From Candidatus Omnitrophota bacterium (GTDB taxonomy: Bacteria; Omnitrophota; Gorgyraeia; JAFGIU01): DNA of 64,000 nucleotides. The stretch covers positions 3,867 to 67,866 of the forward strand of contig JAFGIU010000057.1 of NCBI GenBank assembly GCA_016929445.1, in the 5' to 3' direction. The first letter of the stretch is position 1; each line of letters begins with the position of its first letter. Below the pieces are notes generated by a model that saw only the letters and a list, made by a program, of their open reading frames with translations, made no database searches and was not told the origin of the DNA. Shown here piece after piece: positions 9,757-19,046 of this stretch. The translations under genes were made by a program, and so were the position numbers.

Positions 9757-9785
9757 ACCATACCATACGTTTGGTAATACGTCAA
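9757..9785 (-). promoter_or_regulatory. Putative sigma-70 promoter for DUF3307 and the activator
   Basis: TTGACG-17 bp-TATGGT with a TGn extension. Confidence 0.45.
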
Positions 9786-9848
9786 CCCAACCCGTTGCAC
9801 TGAGGGAGGGGTGGCGCGGCCGGGGGGGCTCACAGCCCCTGCGCTCGG

Positions 9849-11087
9849 TTAACCGTGTCCGCCCCGGAAGAGCTTGATCATGTTCCACATGGGCAGGAAG
9901 ATCGCGAGAGCCATTCCGAGCACCACGGTGCCGAGAACAGCGGTCATGAGGGGTTCTATCAGGGTGGTGAGGTTCTTAATCATGGACTTGATTTCCAGAT
10001 CATAGTATTCGGCCACAGAATGCAACATCTCGTCCAGTTCGCCTGTTTTCTCCCCAATGGAGATCATATGCCCCACCAAGGGAGGGAACGTCTTGCACTT
10101 AAGTACTGTGTCTGAAATCCCGCGTCCGTCTGCCACGGCCTGCCGGATTTTGGAGACTTCCTTTCCCACAACCACATTGCCGACCGTGCGGCTGACAATG
10201 TCAAAGGATTGCAGGATCGGCAGACCCGCGTGGTTGAGGGTCATCAGCATCATCGAAAAACGGGACATAGCGACCTTCTGAAAAAGCTGCCCAAAGACCG
10301 GTATCTTTAAGGAAAGAGAATCAAAATGCCAGGTACCGATCTTGGTCTTGGCATAAAATCGAATGGCAAAGAAGGCCCCTACCATGGCCGGCAAAACAAT
10401 GAACCAATAATTGGTTATCGCAAAATTCGCCCAAATAAGGACCTGAGTCGGTAAGGGTAAATCCGATTCGAACCGTGCATACATGGATGAGAATTTGGGA
10501 ACAACAAAGGTGACCAGCACAAACATAGCCACGCCCAAGGCCACCAAAGTCAGAATCGGGTATTGCATGGCTTGCTTTACGTTCTGCCGCGTCTCATTAT
10601 CCCGCTCAAGCATGTCGGACAGCTTCAGCAACACGCTTTCCAGCACACCACCCGATTCACCGGCCGCAATCGTGTTGATATAAATTTCGGAAAACACAGA
10701 TGGATGCTTCTTGATTGCATCCGACAGGTTGGTGCCGCTTTCAATATCTACGATGGCCTCTTTGAGCACCCGTTTAAGCCCGTCGCTCTCGGTTTGCTGG
10801 GCCAGAATACCCAGGCCTTGCACAATGGGCACACCCGCCTTGATGATGGTGGCGAATTGGCGTGTAAAGGCAATGAGATGCATCGCTTTGACCTTGGGGG
10901 GGCCAAAACTGATATTCATGTCACCCGAGAACTTGCTGGGGCCGCCTCCTTTGCTCAAGGTAATGGAGATCGGCGTGTACCCCATCTCATCCAAACGCGT
11001 TGAGACAGCGGTCTCGTCTCCGGCAGTTAGAGTGCCTTTGACAATCCTTCCCTCAGAGTCTGTGGCTTTGTAGCTATAGGCAGGCAT
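9849..11087 (-). CDS. pilC: Type IV pilus/T2SS inner-membrane platform protein (PilC/GspF)
   Basis: Two T2SSF repeats: FTRQFATIIKAGVPI, AGESGGVL, AMQYP, GEKTGELDEML, LIEP, AIFLPM. Confidence 0.95.
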   Translation of the reverse strand: MPAYSYKATDSEGRIVKGTLTAGDETAVSTRLDEMGYTPISITLSKGGGPSKFSGDMNISFGPPKVKAMHLIAFTRQFATIIKAGVPIVQGLGILAQQTESDGLKRVLKEAIVDIESGTNLSDAIKKHPSVFSEIYINTIAAGESGGVLESVLLKLSDMLERDNETRQNVKQAMQYPILTLVALGVAMFVLVTFVVPKFSSMYARFESDLPLPTQVLIWANFAITNYWFIVLPAMVGAFFAIRFYAKTKIGTWHFDSLSLKIPVFGQLFQKVAMSRFSMMLMTLNHAGLPILQSFDIVSRTVGNVVVGKEVSKIRQAVADGRGISDTVLKCKTFPPLVGHMISIGEKTGELDEMLHSVAEYYDLEIKSMIKNLTTLIEPLMTAVLGTVVLGMALAIFLPMWNMIKLFRGGHG

Positions 11088-11109
11088 GACAAATGGAACT
11101 GCTGGTGAA

Positions 11110-12339
11110 TCAGCCCTTCTGGCTATTGATGATGTCCTGGATCCAAGACCTCACAAGCTCGGCATCTTTGGCATTCGGGGCCAACTCCAGGTACTTCATG
11201 TAGTGGTTTAACGCCTCTTGGGGGGACTTCCCATACTCCTCCAAGAGCACTCCCAGATTATAGTGGGCTTGGGCATCTTGAGGATTGAGCGAGAGTACCT
11301 GGCGGTATGCGGCGATGGCAGGCTTATACTTACCGGCTCTCGCATGCTCTACGGCCAAGTCCGCCACAAGATTGGGGTTCTGCGGATCCAACTCAATTGC
11401 GGCACGGAAATTTTCGATAGCCTGGGGATACTTCCCCTCAGCTCCAAAATGCAACGCAAGACGGTGCCGAAGCTGAACCTCTCGATGAACCAGTTCTTGC
11501 TCCTGCGCCAAGAGCGCAAGCTGTTCCTGACCGTAGACCTTGAGACGGCCCTCGGAATCGGCAATACGGGCCTTTTCAGCTTGCCTGAGTTCTTCAGCCC
11601 TTTGAACACTGCGGCCAAAATGCAATACTTCGCGCTCAATCTTCACATACTCGGCAGGAATCTGGGCCTTCTGTGCCTCCAACTGGCTGCGCTCTCTCTG
11701 ATACGCCGCCTCGAGCTGGTCAATCTGCTTCTGTACTTCCTCGCTGAATTTTTCTTCGCTGATCTCGCCTTGGGGCAGAGTATAAACCTGACTCCGGAGC
11801 TCAGCCAGCTTGGCCTGGGCGTCGCGGGCCTTCTGCGCCGACATCCAATAGTCACGCTGCGCCTTGGAGACCTCTGTCTTAATTGCACCCCGCTGCTTAT
11901 CGATAAATTTACGGTTTGTTACGACCTCATTGAGCAAGGACTGCAGCAGCTCCATTTCCGAAGGAGCGCGTTTCGCAATCTCAGACGGTGCGTCAGTGGA
12001 CCGGACCGGAGAAAAGTCTTGAAGCGGCGCCGCAGTCTGTTCTCTTTCCGCCACCTGCCTTTCCGGGACGGCAATCGCAGCATTCTGGGTTGGGATTTGC
12101 GGCGCGGGAATGCTTTCAACGAAACTGACAGGAACACCCTGCAACACTTCATCGTTCAAACCCTTTGCAATCGCCTGTTTGTAAAGCTGCAAGGCCTCTT
12201 GAAAACGGCCTTCCTGGTACAGACTGCGCCCTTCTTCGTAAAGCGACTGAACCTCTGAGTTCCCGGCTAGGGCCACGGGAGCTCCCAGAACTGCACTCAA
12301 GGTCAGACTGATTAGAAGTCTACTCCAACCGTTTTGCAT
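11110..12339 (-). CDS. Exported TPR plus coiled-coil protein
   Basis: Signal peptide, one N-terminal TPR, a central coiled coil and C-terminal TPRs (AHYNLGVL, KYLELAPNAKDA). Confidence 0.85.
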   Translation of the reverse strand: MQNGWSRLLISLTLSAVLGAPVALAGNSEVQSLYEEGRSLYQEGRFQEALQLYKQAIAKGLNDEVLQGVPVSFVESIPAPQIPTQNAAIAVPERQVAEREQTAAPLQDFSPVRSTDAPSEIAKRAPSEMELLQSLLNEVVTNRKFIDKQRGAIKTEVSKAQRDYWMSAQKARDAQAKLAELRSQVYTLPQGEISEEKFSEEVQKQIDQLEAAYQRERSQLEAQKAQIPAEYVKIEREVLHFGRSVQRAEELRQAEKARIADSEGRLKVYGQEQLALLAQEQELVHREVQLRHRLALHFGAEGKYPQAIENFRAAIELDPQNPNLVADLAVEHARAGKYKPAIAAYRQVLSLNPQDAQAHYNLGVLLEEYGKSPQEALNHYMKYLELAPNAKDAELVRSWIQDIINSQKG

Positions 12340-13765
12340 CCCTCTGTGCCTCCTCTTCCTGAACGCTCAGCATCCACTCCAGCTCTTGCCCTAGAACTTC
12401 CGCGCGCTTTTGCGTTGCAGTATTTGTATCGGAAAGCGAACGGATCTCCTCGATCGCCCGCAATGCCTGGGACAATTCCACCAACTTTGCCTGCATCCCT
12501 TCGCTAACCTCAGCCGCTTGGACCAGCTGGGTTGAGGCTCGGCTCTGCACCGTGCGCGCCAAGGCCAGATCGGAGCTCATCTCCTCCTGTTGCCCTTCCA
12601 GCAGCACCACCCGGCCGCGCAAAATCCGGTTCTGCTCGGCTGTATTATCTAGAGAAAAGGCCAAGTCCGATATGGTCTGCCGGCTCTCGTCCAAAATACC
12701 CTGTGTTTCCGCAAGCCGCCCGCTAAGCTCAGCCTGCTGAAGTTGCTTGGCTTCAATCGCCTGTTCCAAGGCCGCGATCTCATCGGACTGGCGGACAATG
12801 ATCTTCTCCTTATTGACCAAAGCACGGCCCAAGTCATCGGCATCGTCCAAAGCCACGGTGTACATCCCCTCCACCTCTCCCATATGCCCCCGGATGTCGT
12901 TGACCTCCTGCTCCAGCTTGCTCTTGGAATCCTTCACGCGAGCCACCTGTTCGCGGAGCGCAGTCTCTTCCCGGCTCAAGGCCTCCAGATCCTCTGCTAA
13001 CGCGGCCAAGCGTTCTTCTTTTGCCCGCAAGGCATTGGTGAGATTGCCGATTTCCGATGTGAGGCCCTGGTTAACTTCCAACTGCTGGCTCAAGCGCTTG
13101 GAAGCGGTTCGCAAGAGGCCTTCGAGGGAGGCCTTACTCTCTTCGGCCTTGGCCAACTGCAACTCCAACTCCAAAATCCGGGCCTCGGCCCTGTCCGTCC
13201 CTTTCTTGCGATTCCCCTTTCTTGAGCTGTAACTCGCGACTTTGTCATTGAGACTTTCGTTAATGCGGGTGAGATTCTCCACATTTTCTGCAGCCTGGGA
13301 CATTTGCGCATCCAGTGCGGCAATCCGGGATTTGAGGTCCTTGTTCTCGCCCACAATGGCAGACAAAAATTTGGCGTCCTCAGACTGTTTAACATGAATA
13401 CGAATTTCTTCGAGATTTCTCTGGAGGGTGTTCACTTGGATCTCGGCCTGGGCAAGTTGAGACTCCAAATCCTGGTTGATGGCCTGCTGGATCTGAATTC
13501 CCTCATTGAGCTCATTGACTTGCGCCGTCAAACCCCGCCTGTCTTCCTCAGTGGACTTAAGCCGGACGTTCAGCGTATTGACATGGTTTAAGAGACCCTG
13601 AACCTGAGGCTGAATGCGATTCATGGCCCTAAGTTCAGCTGTCTGCTCCATGCGGTCTGCCGTGACCTTCCACAGAATTAATACAGCCACCAGGGCAACC
13701 GGCGCGATAAAAGCAAACACTCTAGAGACCCGGTCTCTTGCAGCGTCACCAAACCTAAGCTTCAC
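12320..13765 (-). CDS. Membrane-anchored long coiled-coil protein
   Basis: One N-terminal TM helix followed by ~440 aa of heptad-rich E/Q/L/A sequence; overlaps the downstream gene in the operon. Confidence 0.82.
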   Translation of the reverse strand: MKLRFGDAARDRVSRVFAFIAPVALVAVLILWKVTADRMEQTAELRAMNRIQPQVQGLLNHVNTLNVRLKSTEEDRRGLTAQVNELNEGIQIQQAINQDLESQLAQAEIQVNTLQRNLEEIRIHVKQSEDAKFLSAIVGENKDLKSRIAALDAQMSQAAENVENLTRINESLNDKVASYSSRKGNRKKGTDRAEARILELELQLAKAEESKASLEGLLRTASKRLSQQLEVNQGLTSEIGNLTNALRAKEERLAALAEDLEALSREETALREQVARVKDSKSKLEQEVNDIRGHMGEVEGMYTVALDDADDLGRALVNKEKIIVRQSDEIAALEQAIEAKQLQQAELSGRLAETQGILDESRQTISDLAFSLDNTAEQNRILRGRVVLLEGQQEEMSSDLALARTVQSRASTQLVQAAEVSEGMQAKLVELSQALRAIEEIRSLSDTNTATQKRAEVLGQELEWMLSVQEEEAQRDAKRLE

Positions 13766-13774
13766 AAACCCCTC

Positions 13775-15397
13775 CTATTCCTGGCCTCCAGCACCCCGGT
13801 GGTTCAATTTCAACGGCTTTTTGCTCTTGCCCGCAGATTCTTTCACAGGAGTCTCCACGGCCGCAGCCACCTCGGCAACTTCGGCCGTCTCCACCGGATC
13901 AACCAGAGGATCCGCAAAGAAACTGGGTTTGTCCACACGACTTATTGCATGCCGGGCGCTCCGGTCCACCATATCATCGTTCATGATATGGCCGGTGATA
14001 AACACCAAGAGATCCGTCTGGGTAAGGTCGTCCGTCTTTTGTTTAAAGAGGTAACCCAGTAGCGGGATATCTCCGAGCACCGGGACTTTGGTGCTCCCTT
14101 CCGTATTGACTTCTTCCAGCAAGCCGCCGATCACAACCGTATGCCCGTCCGGAACCCGCACGCTGGTATTGGCCGTTCGGGTAGAAACCACCGGCACTTC
14201 GAATTCAGAAGTAAAACGCAGGATGCTGCTGACTTCCGGAACGATATCCATGGTGATGTAATTGTCATGACTCACGTGCGGTGTGACCGTCAGGGTGATT
14301 CCCACTTCCTCTTTGTCAAAACCGGTGATTTCAAAACTACCCGTGTTTTCATTGCGCTCAAAGGTCGGGACCGGCGTGCGCGTTCCCACCACAATACGCG
14401 CTTCCTGGTTGTCCAGGGTTGTCACGCGCGGATTGGAGAGGGTTCGTGTCTCGCTGTTGCTGTAAAGGATCTGCAGTGCGGCTTGAAAAGCCGAAAAATC
14501 CAAGGTGCCGAAAACAAAGTCCGTGATCGCGGCCGCGGGAAACTGGGCGAACTGCAAAGTGTCGTTACCCAGAATAACCCCTTTGAGACCAAAGTCCGTG
14601 GCAATGGTGGTCTGGAACTGGTCCACGCCGTTGACTTCGACAACTTCCTGGGAGATCTCCCGCTCGTTCTGCGGGTATATGTCCTTGTCGCTACCCCAAT
14701 TTTTCCAGGGCGCTGTCGTGGGTCTGGAGGCCCCTCTGGCAGAAGCCTGCATATTCCAGTTGATTCCCAAAGCCTGGTTGTCGCCAAGCACTGTTTCAAT
14801 GATGCGTGATTCGATCAATACTTGCGGAGTCTGGTAATCCAGGTCATTAATCAGCTCTCCCACACTCTCCACCGCAGCCGCCGTATCGGTCACAATAATG
14901 GAGCGCGAACGCTCGTCCACCTGGATGGACCCCGTGGCCGTCAGCACGGGCTGCAATGCAGCCTGCAGGGTCGCCACACTGGCATTATTCACGGTAAATA
15001 CGCGGGTTACAGGAGGCTCGCGTTCCGCCGCTTCCGGAGTCGTGACCTTGATTACATTGCCGCGCCGGGTATAGGCATAGCCGTTGACGGTAATCACCGC
15101 ATCAATGGCCTCGTCCACAGTCACCTCTGAAAACTGCACAGTGATCGGGCCGCGCACCTCTTCGGAAAGAATAATATTCATGTCATGCTGCTTGGCCAGC
15201 AAACGCAGGACATCCCCAATTTCCGTATCCCGAAAATCCATCGTAATCAGAGACATCTGTTTGTGGCTCGAAGGGGGAGGAGTTCCCGGCGATTCCTGCG
15301 CCAAACCCAGAGAAGTCCCGCTCACAATTCCAAGCGTCAAAAGCAGAGCGGCCACAGAGGCCCTTCTGTAAAACTGACTGAGGTGTCGAATCGCCAT
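13775..15397 (-). CDS. pilQ: Secretin (PilQ/GspD family), compact form without AMIN domains
   Basis: ITMDFRDTEIGDVLRLLA (N0/STN), IQVDERSRSIIVTD (N3), PQVLIESRIIE, NPRVTTLDNQEARIVVG, KVPVLGDIPLLGYLFK. Confidence 0.93.
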   Translation of the reverse strand: MAIRHLSQFYRRASVAALLLTLGIVSGTSLGLAQESPGTPPPSSHKQMSLITMDFRDTEIGDVLRLLAKQHDMNIILSEEVRGPITVQFSEVTVDEAIDAVITVNGYAYTRRGNVIKVTTPEAAEREPPVTRVFTVNNASVATLQAALQPVLTATGSIQVDERSRSIIVTDTAAAVESVGELINDLDYQTPQVLIESRIIETVLGDNQALGINWNMQASARGASRPTTAPWKNWGSDKDIYPQNEREISQEVVEVNGVDQFQTTIATDFGLKGVILGNDTLQFAQFPAAAITDFVFGTLDFSAFQAALQILYSNSETRTLSNPRVTTLDNQEARIVVGTRTPVPTFERNENTGSFEITGFDKEEVGITLTVTPHVSHDNYITMDIVPEVSSILRFTSEFEVPVVSTRTANTSVRVPDGHTVVIGGLLEEVNTEGSTKVPVLGDIPLLGYLFKQKTDDLTQTDLLVFITGHIMNDDMVDRSARHAISRVDKPSFFADPLVDPVETAEVAEVAAAVETPVKESAGKSKKPLKLNHRGAGGQE

Positions 15398-15400
15398 GGC

Positions 15401-15904
15401 CTATTCCCCTTCCTGAAGAGACAGAATGTAGCGGCGCCCCTCTCGCTCAAGGAGAACGCGCCTTGCCTCAATTTCGACAATGATATTTCTCTCGTACATA
15501 TCGCCGGTTTGGAGGATCTCTCCGTTCACAATAGCGTAGGATTTCCCATCCGGCCGCCAGGAAATTCCCTGCAAGTCCAGAGACGTCTCCCGCGCACTCA
15601 AAATAATTTCCTGCATAAAGAAAGGATCCCTGCCCCACGGCCGCTCCAGGCTGGCCAACTGTAAACGTCGCGACTCTTCATCAAAAGCTCCCATGGTAAC
15701 CACCGGTCTGGAGCCGCGTTCCGGAACAAATGCCGGGGTTTCGGCGTGTGGCTCAGACGCAGGCTCTTCAACATGGGCCTCACCGCCCCCGCCCTTGTGG
15801 CGGTTCTTGACCTTGAAAATGCTGTTCACAAAGGCAAAGAGCATAACCACGCAGAGAACCCCGATCATGATCAGTTGTTTTTTGCTCTTCTCATCAAGAG
15901 CCAT
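15401..15904 (-). CDS. PilP/MshK/GspB-like bitopic assembly protein
   Basis: N-terminal TM helix, then WGRDPF and LQGISW...AIVNGEILQTGD; lies between pilO and the secretin. Confidence 0.75.
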   Translation of the reverse strand: MALDEKSKKQLIMIGVLCVVMLFAFVNSIFKVKNRHKGGGGEAHVEEPASEPHAETPAFVPERGSRPVVTMGAFDEESRRLQLASLERPWGRDPFFMQEIILSARETSLDLQGISWRPDGKSYAIVNGEILQTGDMYERNIIVEIEARRVLLEREGRRYILSLQEGE

Positions 15905-16482
15905 TAGCTGCTTCTCCCGGCAGTGAGCACATAACTGCTCACAATCAAATTCGCCTGAATCAGGCCTGCGGGGATATCCTTATTTGTTTCCAAGGTCATA
16001 TCCTCAATAGTGCACAAGAGGGTCAGGCCTCCGAGCTCCTCTATATACCGGCCCAGGGACTGGTAATCCGTTTGCAGCTGGACTTCAACATAAATTCGGT
16101 AGACACCTTGAGGAGCAGCCCCCTTCACGTTTTCAAAATCATCGCGGGGCCGGATAAAGGCAACCTCAATTTCCAATTCCTCGCTTTTGGAAGCCAGCTG
16201 CTGGATCAAACGCGGAATATCCATTGTCGCGGGGGCCATCTGCTCCAAACGCAAAGTCTCTTCGTTTATCCTTGCAATCGCACCGACCGGATCCGGGGCC
16301 CTCAAAATCATCCCTTCGTACTCCACCATTTGGTCGTGCAAAGGCTGTAATTGCTCCTTGAGCTTGGCCGTCTGCCGGATTTGGCCCTTGTACGGCCCGA
16401 TATAGAAGCCCACCAGAAACACAAGGAACCCGACGAGCCCCAAGAAAAGCATTTTGTTCTGCTGAATCAATGATTTAATCAT
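15904..16482 (-). CDS. pilO: Type IV pilus alignment protein PilO
   Basis: TM helix, coiled coil and ferredoxin-like core (IPRLIQQL, DYQSLGRYIEEL); operon position fits. Confidence 0.85.
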   Translation of the reverse strand: MIKSLIQQNKMLFLGLVGFLVFLVGFYIGPYKGQIRQTAKLKEQLQPLHDQMVEYEGMILRAPDPVGAIARINEETLRLEQMAPATMDIPRLIQQLASKSEELEIEVAFIRPRDDFENVKGAAPQGVYRIYVEVQLQTDYQSLGRYIEELGGLTLLCTIEDMTLETNKDIPAGLIQANLIVSSYVLTAGRSS

Positions 16483-16485
16483 GGA

Positions 16486-18498
16486 TTAGTACACCAACTG
16501 ACACGACACCTTGAACTCAGCACGCGGCGTCGGTGAGTACGGATCGCGGTCCGTGGAAACTAACTGCACCCTTTCGAAAAACGGGGATTCATCCAGCGCA
16601 ATCAAATACTGCGAGAGAGCCACATCCAGAGAGGTGTAGGTTTGGGCCACCAGCCCCTGCAACAGAAGCTGCTGAGGTTGTTCCTGCTCCATGACCTCAA
16701 TCTTTTTCAGCACAATATTGTCGCTTGTGATGTGGCTAAGCTCCTTCAAGACTCCGTGCCAAAGGGGTTGGCGTCCCACGGCCTTGTCCAGCAACCCTTT
16801 ACGTTTCTCATAATTCGCCTTTTTCTGATCCAGAATCTGAATCTGGGAAACCGTGACCTCCATCTGTTCCAGACCGGATTCCGCATTGGTAATGAGTCTC
16901 TTGTAGTTGGCCACTTGCGCAGAAACACCCAGGTACATAAAACCAGCGGCAAGCGCAAAAAGAGGAATGAGTAGTTTTAAACCGAGCTTAAGACTGGCCA
17001 GCCGGTATTTCAGAGCCAGCTCCGGCGGAGCCAGATTGAACTTCTGGCGCTTAGGACGCACCACAAGCCCCAGGGCCACGGCCAGATCCGGGGAAGCCGC
17101 CTTCAGACGTTTCCAATCGTAATTATCTGCGTCAACCCACTCCCCGACCAGCTGGAGGGAATTGAGCTCGGAAACCTGGACCTCGGGCAAATTCTTGCTG
17201 AGGTATTCCAGGAAGCCCTTCATGCGCGATGCTCCGCCGCAAATGAGCAAACGGTCTATCTTTGTAATCTTGAAGGTCTGCTTGTAGTAGTTGAGTGAGC
17301 GCTGAATTTCAGTACGCAGGCGCTCCAGCACCGGCCGGACCATGCCGGCAATCCCCCACCCCGTCAGACCCCCGAACTCGGCCTCGTGTTGGTCCGGTCC
17401 GGGAATCCCCACTTCCTTTTTAACTTGCTCTGATTCTTCGAAACTGACATCCCGCTTGCCGGACGCGGTCGTAACTGTGCGCATCATGGATTGGGTCAAC
17501 TGATCCCCGCCCATGGGAAGTTCCCGGAAGAACTGCAAACGGCCATGGGCAAAACAACTGAGGGCCGACCGCTTGGCCCCCAAATCCAACACGCCCACCA
17601 CCTCGTCTTCCCGGATCAAATTGGCCTGGGTCACCAAATTCTCCAAGGCAAAAGGAAGCACGTTGATTTGTGCGGGGTGCAAACCCACCTCTTCCATAAT
17701 GGCGACCGCATCGTCAATGTGATCCCGCTGCGAAGCCACAGTCAGAACCTGGAGCTTGCCCTTTTCCGGCGAGTCGGTCCCGGCCACATAGAAAAAATTA
17801 TTCGGATCCACGGAAAAGGCCGCTTGCTTTTTAGCCTCCATAATGAGCGCGCCCTTGAGGTCCTTGCCCGAAAGCTTGGGAACCAGCACAGAGGAAATGC
17901 TCACGGAATCCCCGCTGCAAAGCCACATGCCGTGAGCCACCACCCCCGGCTCCGGAACCACAAGCCCGCGCAGGTACTCAATCAAGTACTCGCGGCGCCT
18001 GTCACGCTTGGCGCAAACCGCCGGCGGAAGTTCTTGGTGCCAAAAATCCGCGAGCTGAAAGCCGGAAGCCACTTGGCGGACTTTGACCACCTTGACACTG
18101 CTGTCTCCCAAATCAATTCCGTAAATAATCTTCTTGGGGGAAAATTTCTCGGTGAGTTTGTGAACAAAAGAACGCGGAGGCTCCTCACTCAAAGAAGCAT
18201 CAATAAGTGTGGGCGCTTCCACTTCCGTGGCCCGGCCTGTAGTTGGGGCATTCTGGGCTGAGGCCCCGGGCGGCACAGACTCCTTGGGAGGCACTGAATT
18301 CTCTTCTCCTGCTGAAGGCGGCCACGAGGGGGCAGAAGACTTTTCTTCAGGTTGGGAACCTGAAGGAGGCGGAGGCCAGGCAGCAGGCTTGGGATCTTGA
18401 GGCTGCTCCGGAGACTTGCCTGCGTCTCCTTCTTCTCCTGGCTTCTTCTTTATGTAACCGGCGAATTCGTCAGGAATTTCTGAAGGGTCGACGACCAC
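16486..18498 (-). CDS. pilM: PilM-PilN fusion protein with Pro/Glu-rich N-terminal extension
   Basis: PilM actin fold (GIDLGDSSVKVV, LDLGAKRS, GGDQLT, EIQRSLNYY, CGGASR) continues in frame into FNLAP, a TM helix, a coiled coil and LDESPFFERVQL (PilN). Confidence 0.88.
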   Translation of the reverse strand: MVVDPSEIPDEFAGYIKKKPGEEGDAGKSPEQPQDPKPAAWPPPPSGSQPEEKSSAPSWPPSAGEENSVPPKESVPPGASAQNAPTTGRATEVEAPTLIDASLSEEPPRSFVHKLTEKFSPKKIIYGIDLGDSSVKVVKVRQVASGFQLADFWHQELPPAVCAKRDRRREYLIEYLRGLVVPEPGVVAHGMWLCSGDSVSISSVLVPKLSGKDLKGALIMEAKKQAAFSVDPNNFFYVAGTDSPEKGKLQVLTVASQRDHIDDAVAIMEEVGLHPAQINVLPFALENLVTQANLIREDEVVGVLDLGAKRSALSCFAHGRLQFFRELPMGGDQLTQSMMRTVTTASGKRDVSFEESEQVKKEVGIPGPDQHEAEFGGLTGWGIAGMVRPVLERLRTEIQRSLNYYKQTFKITKIDRLLICGGASRMKGFLEYLSKNLPEVQVSELNSLQLVGEWVDADNYDWKRLKAASPDLAVALGLVVRPKRQKFNLAPPELALKYRLASLKLGLKLLIPLFALAAGFMYLGVSAQVANYKRLITNAESGLEQMEVTVSQIQILDQKKANYEKRKGLLDKAVGRQPLWHGVLKELSHITSDNIVLKKIEVMEQEQPQQLLLQGLVAQTYTSLDVALSQYLIALDESPFFERVQLVSTDRDPYSPTPRAEFKVSCQLVY

Positions 18499-18567
18499 AG
18501 CTCAGCCCTCAAGGAAACAGGATTTCATTTTGAAGAATCTACAATTTAATTCAAATGCCCAGTGAGA

Positions 18568-18596
18568 ATTCTAACATTTATCAAAAAATTAGTCAA
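18568..18596 (-). promoter_or_regulatory. Sigma-70 promoter of the pilus machine operon
   Basis: TTGACT-17 bp-TAGAAT with TGn extension in an AT-rich gap. Confidence 0.72.
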
Positions 18597-18653
18597 TCCT
18601 ATACACAATAGTACGCAACTTTTCTTATCTTTGCGAGGTATTTTCTTCCCGGC

Positions 18654-18956
18654 TCATTTTTGGCTCGCCCGGATCCGGATCACCCCCAACTCCTGGAGAA
18701 TCTGTTCCTGGTTCTTGAGCACCTGGGCCATCTGATTTGAGAGTGCCTCCAAACGTCCCGTGGAATCGCCGCTGTCACCGGCCCCCTTTATCCCGAATTT
18801 GCGTATGCGGGACACATCACCGGAGATCTCCTCGAGCTTCTTCATGATCTCCGAAATGGTGGCTTGAGGGACCGTGGTGGAACCGGCTTGAACAGGGGTG
18901 GAAACGGCTAGAAAAAGTAGCGAGAAAATAACTACGGCTCTAACAGCATGTTGCAT
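18654..18956 (-). CDS. Small exported coiled-coil protein
   Basis: AGGAGAGG RBS, signal peptide ending VQA, amphipathic helices. Confidence 0.75.
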   Translation of the reverse strand: MQHAVRAVVIFSLLFLAVSTPVQAGSTTVPQATISEIMKKLEEISGDVSRIRKFGIKGAGDSGDSTGRLEALSNQMAQVLKNQEQILQELGVIRIRASQK

Positions 18957-18971
18957 GACCCTCTCCTAACT

Positions 18972-19042
18972 GTCATCCCCGCGCAGGCGGGGATCTATTT
19001 GGATGACTGAAACGACTAGATTCCCGCTTCCGCGGGAATGAC
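18972..19042. repeat. REP-like palindrome, GTCAT...ATGAC family
   Basis: GTCATCCCCGCGCAGGCGGGGATC ... GATTCCCGCTTCCGCGGGAATGAC. Confidence 0.8.
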
Positions 19043-19046
19043 ACGC

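Noticed and set aside
9849-18498. A complete stand-alone T2SS or pilus system in this window
   Set aside because: No PilB/GspE ATPase, PilT or prepilin peptidase is visible here; they must lie elsewhere, so system type cannot be fully fixed.
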